Below are positions 55,517 to 64,000 of a DNA stretch of 64,000 bases, one piece after another. The position numbers and the translations under genes were made by a program. The notes below the pieces were generated by a model. It had not been told where the DNA came from and made no database searches. It saw only the letters and a program-made list of their open reading frames with translations. Source of the stretch: an uncultured Actinomycetota bacterium (GTDB taxonomy: Bacteria > Actinomycetota > Actinomycetes > Actinomycetales > Dermatophilaceae); NCBI GenBank assembly GCA_963811475.1, contig CAWERJ010000022.1:20087-84086 (forward strand), written 5' to 3'. How positions within the stretch are numbered: position 1 is the stretch's first letter; every line of letters starts with the position of its first letter.

Positions 55517-56302
55517 TCAGGCACCGGTGAGCTCGCTCAGCAGCATCGCACAGGCGAAGCCGACGGCAGTCGCCAAGGCGACTCGTGGGCCGCCATGCTC
55601 GAGCGCCTCTGGGAACATGGTGTCGGCGAGCATGGCAAGGATCCCACCGGCCGCCAGCGCAAGGATCGCGCTGGCGAGCTGGGGAGAGAGGCCTGACAGA
55701 AGTGCGTAGCCCGCAACGGTGGCAGCGACGCAGATGAGGCCGACCACTGCCCACACTCCGATGATGTACACGCGGGAGCGGCCTTCCTCCTGCATGGCTG
55801 CCGCGCTGGCGAGGCTCTCCGGGACGTTGCCCATGAAGACCGCGGCAAGGAGCACGAGCCCGAGGCTGGGTCCTTCGGCATGCAGGCTGAGCCCGATCGC
55901 GATGCTTTCGGGGATGCCGTCGAGCACGGCTCCGACGAGCAGGGCAGTGCCGGCGACTGCTGCGACCTTCGGGGTCTCATCCTTCGACTCCGCGTCGGGA
56001 ACCACGTCAGTGGCGTCCCGTCCGGTGCGCTTTGGCGACTTGGCGGCCATCCGCTCCAGGCCGACATCCGCGACAACGTAGATGACGGCCCCCAGGAGGA
56101 AACCCCCGATCGCGTACCAGGCGCCGCCGGTGTCGAACGCATCCCGCATCAGGTCGAATGTCAGCGCCGACACCAGGACACCGGCACCGAAGGCGATCAC
56201 TCCCGCCACCACCCGTTTTGAGGGAGACGTGAACAAGCCCAGCAGAACGCCCAACACAAAGCTCGAACTCGCCAGCGATCCGTACACCAGCGCAGTCACC
56301 AT
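55517..56302 (-). CDS. ZIP-family metal transporter
   Basis: AFGAGVLVSAL, LDGIPES, GNVPES, MLADTMFPEA. Confidence 0.85.
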   Translation of the reverse strand: MVTALVYGSLASSSFVLGVLLGLFTSPSKRVVAGVIAFGAGVLVSALTFDLMRDAFDTGGAWYAIGGFLLGAVIYVVADVGLERMAAKSPKRTGRDATDVVPDAESKDETPKVAAVAGTALLVGAVLDGIPESIAIGLSLHAEGPSLGLVLLAAVFMGNVPESLASAAAMQEEGRSRVYIIGVWAVVGLICVAATVAGYALLSGLSPQLASAILALAAGGILAMLADTMFPEALEHGGPRVALATAVGFACAMLLSELTGA

Positions 56303-56723
56303 GGCAATTCCCCCTCCCTCGGTCGCCAGAACTGCGCTACGCACATACCCCTCGACTGCACCCCATGAACACGTGCCCACCAGTGGACCAGCACAGCTCA
56401 TGCACGCGCCAACGGTGTCCGGCTAAACGGCGCTTCTCTGTCAGCACGCTGTGTGTGCATCGCTCTACACCTGTTGTCCGCGATGTGAGCGCGCTGGACC
56501 GAGCCCTGCGTTGACCTTCGCCGCGGCACGGTCGACGGCGCCGTGCACGTTTCGGACCGCCGACTCGATCTCCTAACGGCAGGCGAGGATCGCCTGGAAG
56601 GCCCGCAGCAGGGACTCCTGCTCCTCTCCGAGGGGTCCGGGCCTGAGCTGGTCGGCGCATGAGCGGTCGCGCCGTGATGTCATCGCCGGGGTGATGGCTC
56701 TCCGGTCGGCGCCGAACATGGGG

Positions 56724-57058
56724 GCAACGTCTCGGGCCGGCGAGGCGCCCCCGCGGACCAGGGGACTTCCTGCGGGGGCGCCGTCCATCCTTGGCACCCG
56801 GTTGTGCGGAACTCGTGTCCACACAACGGCCACGACACCGGGGAAATCGCGGTACGGTCGCCGATGGCCGGTTCCGATGACTCAGCAAGCTCTCGGGCCG
56901 GCTAGGCGCCCCCACGCTTCTCTCCCCCGGGATCCGTCGGGGGCGCTGCGCTGTCAGTGGTGCGTCTGAACGTGCCCTGGAAGGAGTGCGCGCCGAGGCC
57001 CGGGCAAGCTCTCGGGCTGGCAAGGCTTCCGCGGCCCCAGGACGCGCGGCGCGGCGCC
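56724..57058. repeat. three tandem motif-plus-hairpin units (fourth at 58512-58568)
   Basis: GCAASSTCTCGGGCYGGCNAGGC at 56724, 56885 and 57004, each leading into a GC-rich stem-loop. Confidence 0.7.
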
Positions 57059-57551
57059 TTCATCTGCTGAGGCCATCTCCGGCGGGCGGGACTGCCCTCA
57101 GCTCTCGACCCGGGGTGGCTCGACGCCGCCCTCCGGCGCGGGCGGGACTCCTCCCGGGGGTGACGGGTCCGAAGTCTCCAGATGCAGAGCGCCACAACGT
57201 TGACAAACCCAGCAGACCATGTCGGGCAAGGCGGCACTGACGTCTCGGGGACGCCACACGTGCTCATCGCACGTACCCCGCTTGCCCTTGCCGTCGGCCG
57301 AGCGGTTCGCGCGCCACCTGCGAAGCATCTGTCGTCCTTCATCGCCCACACGAACGCCGATGCTGCGCTCATACCCGCCGCGGTACGACGCAACACGGCT
57401 GGCCATGAGGTGGGCTGCCACCAGTCCGAGGACCTCTCCCTGCCGGAGCCAGGTCTCATCGTGGTTGGTGCGGGGGGATGTGGGGGCATACTGGCAGCAG
57501 TGGATCGCGCTCTCGCCTCCAGCTTCTGCCGAGGATCGGATGGAGGGCCCG

Positions 57552-58328
57552 ATGTCACACACCGAGAATGCTGTGGAAGGACGACTTGCCCCTGCCGGCC
57601 TGGGAGCCGGGATGTACGACCTCGTCCAGGTCGCGGACGCCATGCGGTCCCTGGCGGACCGCCTGGGCCAGGAGCACGACTCCGGCGAGCCGCTCGAGGC
57701 CTTGGTCGCTGTCGCCGTGGAGCAGGTGCCCAATGCCCGGTGGGCCAGTGTGAGCGTGTTGCGCCATGACCAGTTCACCACCGCAGCCTCGACCGCCGAG
57801 CAAGCCGTTCGCGCCGATGCGTTGCAGTACGAGCTGAACCTCGGCCCGTGCGTGGATGCTGTGCTCGAAGACGGGGTGTACGTCACAGGTCAGGTGGACG
57901 CAGACCCCCGCTGGGCCGAGTGGGGACACCGTGCCAGCGCCGAGGTGGGCGTCAACAGCGTGCTCTCCCAGCGGCTCCACCTCCACTCCGTGAACGGTGT
58001 CGTCGCGGGTCTGAACATCTACTCCGACGCCCACGAGGCGTTCGACCGAGAAGCCGTCGGCCTGGGCCTGATCCTGGCAACCCATGGGGCGACCGTGGTC
58101 TCCGAGGGACTGGCGACGAACCGCGCCAACAACCTGATGAAGGCACTGCAGAGCAATCGGGAGATCGGCGTCGCCATGGGAATCCTCATGCAGCAGCACC
58201 GGTTCACCCGGGATGAGGCGTTCGACGTGCTCCGGGTCGCGAGCCAGAACTCCAATCGCCGGCTTGCAGAGCTGGCGGGGGAGGTCGTCGACACCGGCGT
58301 CCTGATCATCGACACACAGCGCCCCTAG
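57552..58328 (+). CDS. GAF and ANTAR domain protein
   Basis: DALQYELNLGPCVDA, GLNIYS (GAF); ALQSNREIGVAMGILM...AFDVLRVASQNSNRRL (ANTAR). Confidence 0.9.
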   Translation: MSHTENAVEGRLAPAGLGAGMYDLVQVADAMRSLADRLGQEHDSGEPLEALVAVAVEQVPNARWASVSVLRHDQFTTAASTAEQAVRADALQYELNLGPCVDAVLEDGVYVTGQVDADPRWAEWGHRASAEVGVNSVLSQRLHLHSVNGVVAGLNIYSDAHEAFDREAVGLGLILATHGATVVSEGLATNRANNLMKALQSNREIGVAMGILMQQHRFTRDEAFDVLRVASQNSNRRLAELAGEVVDTGVLIIDTQRP

Positions 58329-58755
58329 CCTGCCGCCCGCCCCGGCGCCAAGAGGACAGCGCAACGGCCCCCCAGCGCGGGGGCCGATGCGTGCCGCGAC
58401 CCGCTCGCGTGGAATGTCAGGGCCCGAGAGGGGGACCCGGTGGAGCCTTCGCGAATCGGACGGCATCCATCGGGTACGCCCCAGACGGTCGCCCGGATTC
58501 ACAATGCGTGTCCGGGCGGCAAGGCGTCCCCGTCAGCGGGCCCTGATCACCCCGCTGGCGGGGACGCTGCTCTCACGCGCGCAGCGGCGCGGCCGACCAT
58601 ACGTGAGCATGCCCCCGCCCCGGGTCCGGTCGACAAGGAACGCACGCCACCGACGACGTCGCGTGCGGTGTCTGCCGTGCTGCGCCGAAATCCCGGTCGG
58701 GGGCGAGCGTCACGTAGCGTCGACCCGTGGCCCTTCCGGCCCGGAGAGGACCTCG

Positions 58756-59425
58756 ATGACCACGAAGACCCGCGTCGACCCCGACGCCGCCAGGGTGGCC
58801 GTCCTGGCCGCGGTCCGTCGACCTCGACGGCGCCACGGTCCGCGACGTGCTCCTCCAGTCCCTCCACGCCTCCGGGGTCGACGAGACCGTGGCCCGGGTC
58901 ATCATCCCGGTGCTGCGAGAGGTCGGCGACGGCTGGGAGAGTGGGGAGCTCGGGGTGCTGCACGAGCACTTCGTGTCCAGCTCCTTCCGTGGCGTGCTGG
59001 GAGACCTGCGGATGCCGGTCTCGGGCGAGCAGGTGCGCACCGTCGTCCTCGCGTGCCCGCCGCACGAGCTGCACGACCTGCCGCTCGAGCTCTTCGGGGC
59101 GATGCTGCACGCGCGGGGCTGGCGCGTCGTGAGCCTGGGTGCCAACACCCCCATGACCGCCGTCGGCGAGGCCATCCGGTTCCTGCGGGCCGACGCGTGC
59201 GTCCTCGCCGGCGTGCGCCGCGCGGCCTTCGAGTCGCGGACCAGGTCGCTGAGCCGGCTCGGCAAGCGCGTGCCGCTCTTCCTCGCCGGTGAGGGCGCGC
59301 TGCGCCTGGCCACGGCGCCGCCCTCGACGACGGTGCTCCCCGCGGACCTCCGCGTCGGGGCGGACCTCGTCGACACCGTCGCCCCGCAGCAGGTCGCCGA
59401 CGACAACGGCCGCGTCGCGGGCTGA
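58756..59425 (+). CDS. cobalamin-binding domain protein (CarH-like C-terminal module, no HTH; apparent frameshift near 58820)
   Basis: PVLREVGDGW-x9-EH, ACPPHELHDL, GWRVVSLGANTP. Confidence 0.8.
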
Positions 59426-59443
59426 CCGGCATACGGTGTCGGC

Positions 59444-60100
59444 ATGCGGATCACCCACCTCGGACACGCCTGCCTCCTCGTCGAGATGGCCGACACGAGG
59501 GTGCTCGTCGACCCGGGTACCTTCGCCGACGACCTGAGCGGCGTCCGGGACCTCGATGCGGTCCTCGTCACCCACCAGCACCCCGACCACCTCGACCTCG
59601 ACCGGGTGCCGGGCGTGCTGTCGGCGAACCCCCGGGCGGTCGTCCTGTGCGACCCGGGCAGCGTCGAGCCGCTCGCCGGGGCCGGGGTCGAGGCACGAGC
59701 CCACCGCGGTGCGCCGACGACGGTGGGCCGCGTGACGGTGACGCCGTTCGGCGAGCAGCACGCGCTCATCCACGACGACATCCCGCGGATCAGCAACGTG
59801 GGGGTGCGCCTCGACGCCGAGGGGGAGCCGTCGTTCTTCCACCCCGGCGACGCCCTCGACGCGGACCCGGGCCGGGTCGACGTGCTCGCCTTCCCCCTCC
59901 AGGCGCCGTGGCAGCGCAGCCGCGACATGACCGCCTTCCTGCGCCGCCTGGCGGCCCCCCACGCGGTCCCCGTGCACGACGGGCTGCTGCTGGCTCGTGG
60001 GCGCGACCTCTACCTCGGCCAGGCCGGCCGGCTGGGGTCGCCCGACACCCGGATCCACGACCTCGCCGGAGCAGGCCCCACCGACTTCACCGCGCCGTGA
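59444..60100 (+). CDS. MBL-fold metallo-hydrolase
   Basis: GHAC, THQHPDH, HPGD, PVHDG. Confidence 0.9.
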   Translation: MRITHLGHACLLVEMADTRVLVDPGTFADDLSGVRDLDAVLVTHQHPDHLDLDRVPGVLSANPRAVVLCDPGSVEPLAGAGVEARAHRGAPTTVGRVTVTPFGEQHALIHDDIPRISNVGVRLDAEGEPSFFHPGDALDADPGRVDVLAFPLQAPWQRSRDMTAFLRRLAAPHAVPVHDGLLLARGRDLYLGQAGRLGSPDTRIHDLAGAGPTDFTAP

Positions 60101-60106
60101 CCCAGC

Positions 60107-60887
60107 TCAGTCGAGGTGCCGGCCGCGCTCCGACTGGGTGTGCGTCGCGAGCACCGCGGCACCGATGATGCCGGCCGCGTTCTCCAGGGTCGCCGGCACG
60201 ATCGGCGTGCGCAGGTCGAGCAGCGGCAGGAACTTCTCCGACTTGCGTGAGACCCCTCCGCCGACGAGGAACAGGTCGGGCCACATGAGGTCCTCGAGGT
60301 GGCGGTAGTAGCGCTGCAGCCGGAGCGCCCACTCCGGGTAGCTGAGCCCCTCGCGCGTCCTGGCCGAGCTGGCCGTCACCGTCTCGGCGTCCACCCCGTC
60401 GATCTCGAGGTGACCCAGCTCCGAGTTCGGGCACGAGGACACCCCGGTTGATGACGGCGGTCCCGATGCCGGTGCCCAGGGTCGTGAGGATGACGAGCCC
60501 GTCCTGCCCCTTCGCGGCGCCGTAGTGGAGCTCCGCGACGCCGGCGGCGTCCGCGTCGTTGACGACGACGACGTCGTGCTGGAGGCGGTCCTCGAGCAGC
60601 TTCTCGATCTCGCAGTCGATCCACGACTTGTCGATGTTCGCGGCCGTCTTGACCACCCCGTGCTGCACGACGCCGGGGATCGTCACCCCGATCGGTGAGC
60701 CGTCGTGCACCTCGTCGAACCGGTCGACGATCTCGGCGATGACCGCGCACACCGCCTCGGGTGTCGACACCTGGGGCGTCTCGATCTTGAAGCGCTCCTG
60801 GGCGAACTCGCCCTTGTCCAGGTCGACCGGCGCACCCTTGATGCCGCTGCCTCCGACGTCGATGCCGAGTGGCCTGGCTGTGGTCAT
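60107..60887 (-). CDS. ppgK: polyphosphate glucokinase (ROK; apparent frameshift near 60430)
   Basis: [40 protein letters not shown]. Confidence 0.9.
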
Positions 60888-61757
60888 GCTGCGTCTCCCT
60901 GGGTGAGGATCTCGGGACCGGAGTCGGTGACGAGGATCGTGTGCTCGAACTGTGCGGACCGTCGGCGGTCGCGCGTGACGACGGTCCAGCCGTCGTCCCA
61001 CATCTCCCACTCGTGGGTACCCGAGGTTGAGCATCGGCTCGACCGTGAACGTCATCCCCGCCTCGATGACCGTGCCGTACGCCGGGGCCGCGTCGTAGTG
61101 GGGGATGACCAGCCCGCTGTGGAAGGCCGTTCCGATGCCGTGCCCGGTGAAGTCACGGACGACGCCGTAGCCGAACCGGCGGGCGAACGACTCGATGACC
61201 CGGCCGATGACGTTGACCTCGCGGCCCGGCACGGCCGCCCGGATGCCGCGCATCATCGCCTCGTGCGTGCGCTCGACGAGCAGCCGTGACTCCTCGTCGA
61301 CGTTCCCGACGAGGTACGTCGCGTCGGTGTCGCCGTGGACCCCGTCGACGAACGCCGTGATGTCGATGTTGACGATGTCGCCGTCCTCGAGGGGGCGGCT
61401 GTCGGGGATGCCGTGGCACACGACCTCGTTGACCGACGTGCACAGCGACTTCGGAAAACCCTTGTAGCCCAACGTCGACGGGTAGGCGCCGTGGTCGAGG
61501 AGGTACTCGTGGCCGACCCGGTCGATCTCGTCGGTGGTCACCCCGGGAGCGATGACGGCGGCCGCCGCGGCCATGGCGTCGGCGGCGATCCGCCCGGCGA
61601 CGCGCATGCGCTCGATCGTCTCGGCGTCCTTGACCTCGGGGCCGGTGTACCGGGCGGGCGCCGGCCGGTCGACGTACTCGGGCCGGGGGATGCTCGCCGG
61701 CACCGGTCGGCGCGGGGAGAGCGCACCGGGGGCGACGGTTGCGGACGTCAACGGCAT
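60884..61757 (-). CDS. map: type I methionine aminopeptidase (apparent frameshift near 61018)
   Basis: [16 protein letters not shown]...HGD, GHGIG..FH, FTVEPM, SAQFEHT. Confidence 0.93.
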
Positions 61758-61800
61758 ACGGTGGAGTCTAGGCACCCACCGGCGACCGAGGAGGACCCCG

Positions 61801-62007
61801 ATGCCCTACTGGTTCAACGTCGACACCGGACAGGTCGAGACCGACGACGACCGCAGCCAGGACGCCACGGTCATGGGCCCGTACGACACCCACGACGCCG
61901 CGGCGCGCGCGCTCGAGACGGCGCGGTCGAACACCGAGCGGTGGGACGCCGAGGACCGCGAGTGGGACGAGGGGGGCGCCTCGGGGCGCGAGTCCCTGGA
62001 GGACTGA
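61801..62007 (+). CDS. small conserved actinobacterial protein
   Basis: [11 protein letters not shown]...MGPY.T...A..AL...R.N..WD; GAGGAGG RBS; divergent from map. Confidence 0.75.
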   Translation: MPYWFNVDTGQVETDDDRSQDATVMGPYDTHDAAARALETARSNTERWDAEDREWDEGGASGRESLED

Positions 62008-62018
62008 CTCCCGGCAGG

Positions 62019-62651
62019 TCAGCCGCCGACCAGGCGGTGCACGGTGACGGCGTAGGAGCCGCCGGGAACGAACGGCTGCCCGTCCCACGTCGAGTACCGC
62101 GCGATGTACGAGAGCCCGGCCGCCTGCGCCAGGCGGTCGTAGGTGCGCAGGTCGACCGGTGCGGCCTCGGGTGGCAGGGACCCGGGCAGTCCGAATCCCG
62201 ACACCAGGTAGCCGCCCGGGGCGAGGTGCGCGGCGAGGCGCTCGAGCACCCTGGGCAGCGTCCCGTCGGCCAGGTACGGCACGACGTTGCCGGCCATGAC
62301 GACGCAGTGGAACTCCTGCTCGGTGCGCAGGTCGAGGGTCGAGAGGTCCTCGACGAAGAAGCGCGTGTCGGGGTCCTCGGAGGCCAGCGCCACGAGGTGC
62401 TCGTCGGCGTCGACGCCGATGACGGTGTGCCCCAGGCGGGTCAGCTTGCTCGCGACGCGGCCGAAGCCGCACCCGGCATCCAGCACGCGCGACGGCGGCG
62501 GGACCAGCCGGGTGATGAAGCGTGCCTCGCCGTGGACGTCCTCGCCGGCCGCCTCGAGGTCGAGGAACCGGCGGCGGTACGCCGCCGCCGCCTCGGGGCC
62601 GCTCTGCAGGGCCGACCAGCGCGTCGGGGACGGCGCGTTCGGGGTGTCCAT
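62019..62651 (-). CDS. class I SAM-dependent methyltransferase
   Basis: DVHGEARF, VLDAGCGFGR, AGNV, HLAPGG. Confidence 0.88.
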   Translation of the reverse strand: MDTPNAPSPTRWSALQSGPEAAAAYRRRFLDLEAAGEDVHGEARFITRLVPPPSRVLDAGCGFGRVASKLTRLGHTVIGVDADEHLVALASEDPDTRFFVEDLSTLDLRTEQEFHCVVMAGNVVPYLADGTLPRVLERLAAHLAPGGYLVSGFGLPGSLPPEAAPVDLRTYDRLAQAAGLSYIARYSTWDGQPFVPGGSYAVTVHRLVGG

Positions 62652-62686
62652 CGGCCACATGTCGGGTCGCTCGCCTCCGCTCGGTC

Positions 62687-63554
62687 TCAGGCCTCGAAGG
62701 AGTGCTCGGTGGCCGGGAACGAGCCGGCGGCGACCTCGGCCGCGTAGGCGCTGGCGGCATCCCGCAGGTCACCACGCAGGTCGGCGTACTTCTTGACGAA
62801 CCGCGGCGCGCGGCCTCCGCGCAGGCCGGCCATGTCCTGCCACACGAGCACCTGCGCGTCGCAGTGCGGGCCCGCGCCGATGCCGATGGTCGGGATGCGC
62901 AGCGCCTCGGTGACCTTCGCCGCCGCCGGCGCCGGGACCATCTCCATGACGACCGCGAAGCAGCCCGCGGCCTCGAGCGCGAGCGCGTCGTCGAGCAGCT
63001 TGTCGGCGCCCGAGCCCCGGCCCTGCACCTTGTACCCACCGAGCACGTGCTCGCTCTGGGGGGTGAAGCCGATGTGCCCCATGACCGGGATGCCGGCGCG
63101 CACGAGCAGCTCGACCTCCGGCACCATCGGGGCGCCGCCCTCGAGCTTGACGGCGTGCGCCATCCCCTCCTTCATGAACCGAGTGGCGGTCGCGAGCGCC
63201 TGCTGCGGACTGGCCTGGTAGGACCCGAACGGCAGGTCGGCGACGACCATGGCGTGCTTGGCCGAGCTCGTCACGGCACGCACGAGCGGGACGAGGTGGT
63301 CGACGGTGACCGGCACCGTGGTCTCGAAGCCGTAGACGTTGTTGCCGGCGCTGTCGCCCGACGAGCAGCACGGGGATGCCGGCCTCGTCGAAGATCTCGG
63401 CGGTGTACATGTCGTAGGCCGTGAGCATCGCCCACTTCTCGCCACGTTCCTTCATCTGCAGGAGGTGGGGGATGCGCACCCGGCGCTGGGGGGCGGCCTG
63501 GGCTCCGGTGCCGTACGGAGCGGTGCTCTCGGGGGCCGGGCGGTGCTCGCTCAT
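62687..63554 (-). CDS. panB: 3-methyl-2-oxobutanoate hydroxymethyltransferase (apparent frameshift near 63358)
   Basis: [40 protein letters not shown]. Confidence 0.95.
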
Positions 63555-63749
63555 GCCCGGATCGTAACCCCCGCGCGCGATCCTTACCCTTTCTTGACCT
63601 CCGCTTGGGCCGCTCTTGAAGAATCGGCTGTCATGCCCCGAATCTTGCGGAAGATTTACCGAATCTGGACGTCGAAACCGGCCGCTTCGCGTGTTTTGAT
63701 GTCGCGGGCTCCGACCGAGCCTGCCCAGGAAACCACCACGGAGGACCAG

Positions 63750-64000
63750 TGACCCCACGGATCATCGCGGCCATGACCGGTGCCGCAGCGGTCGCGTGCA
63801 CGCTCGCCATCACGGCGCCGGCGCACGCGCAACCGTCGAACGACGCGCCCAGCACCAAGGGCGTCAGCCGGCCGGACAACCGTCCCGGCCCCAAGACGGC
63901 CGACCAGACGCGCAAGCGCGCCAAGGCCCTCGAGCTCCTCAAGAGCGGCAAGGCGCAGCTCAAGAGCGCAGGCCGGCGGTGGCGCCACGGTCGCCCTCTC
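63750..64000 (+). CDS. secreted protein N-terminus, possibly immune inhibitor A (M6) metalloprotease (3' truncated)
   Basis: GGAGG RBS, signal-like [14 protein letters not shown], then RPDNRPGP...KALELLKSG; catalytic part is outside the window. Confidence 0.45.

Noticed and set aside
56724-57058. CRISPR array interpretation of the repeats
   Set aside because: Only three degenerate copies with irregular 161/119-nt periods, structured inter-repeat sequence and no cas genes in the window
57200-57230. Perfect TTGACA -35 box
   Set aside because: No TANNNT -10 at 16-19 nt spacing
57224-57287. Type I hammerhead reading of the three-way junction (CTGA...GTA)
   Set aside because: The core lacks the GA of CUGANGA and has GCC in place of GAA

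Overview
High-GC actinobacterial chromosome segment; gene content and order suggest Micrococcales, probably Intrasporangiaceae-like (inference). The core backbone carries dgt-dnaG-tRNA-Asn, gluABCD, the FAS-II cluster (PucR/FasR-fabD-fabH-acpP-fabF), argG, aceE, fdhD, tRNA-Val-Nif3-zinc ribbon-RNase H, rhodanese-metZ, rnpB, ppgK, map and panB. Many core genes, including essential ones, have single-base frameshifts that are most likely sequencing errors. There are three accessory segments. (i) An IS481-family element after tRNA-Asn, with unusually extended inverted repeats. (ii) A ~9 kb decayed island (about 13.1-21.9 kb) at the 3' end of tRNA-Ile(CAT). It holds a duplicated back-to-back promoter module: an 81-aa protein under strong purifying selection, paired each time with a different secreted protein. 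(iii) A ~13 kb island (about 45.6-58.7 kb) at the 3' end of rnpB. It holds an integrase remnant, a translationally coupled vWA-PP2C-Ser/Thr kinase-zinc finger operon (TerY-P-like), and four motif-plus-hairpin non-coding repeats around a GAF-ANTAR gene. The octamer GGATGCCG is strongly over-represented in core DNA but scarce in the islands. All family assignments are from motif recognition by eye; no database searches were run.
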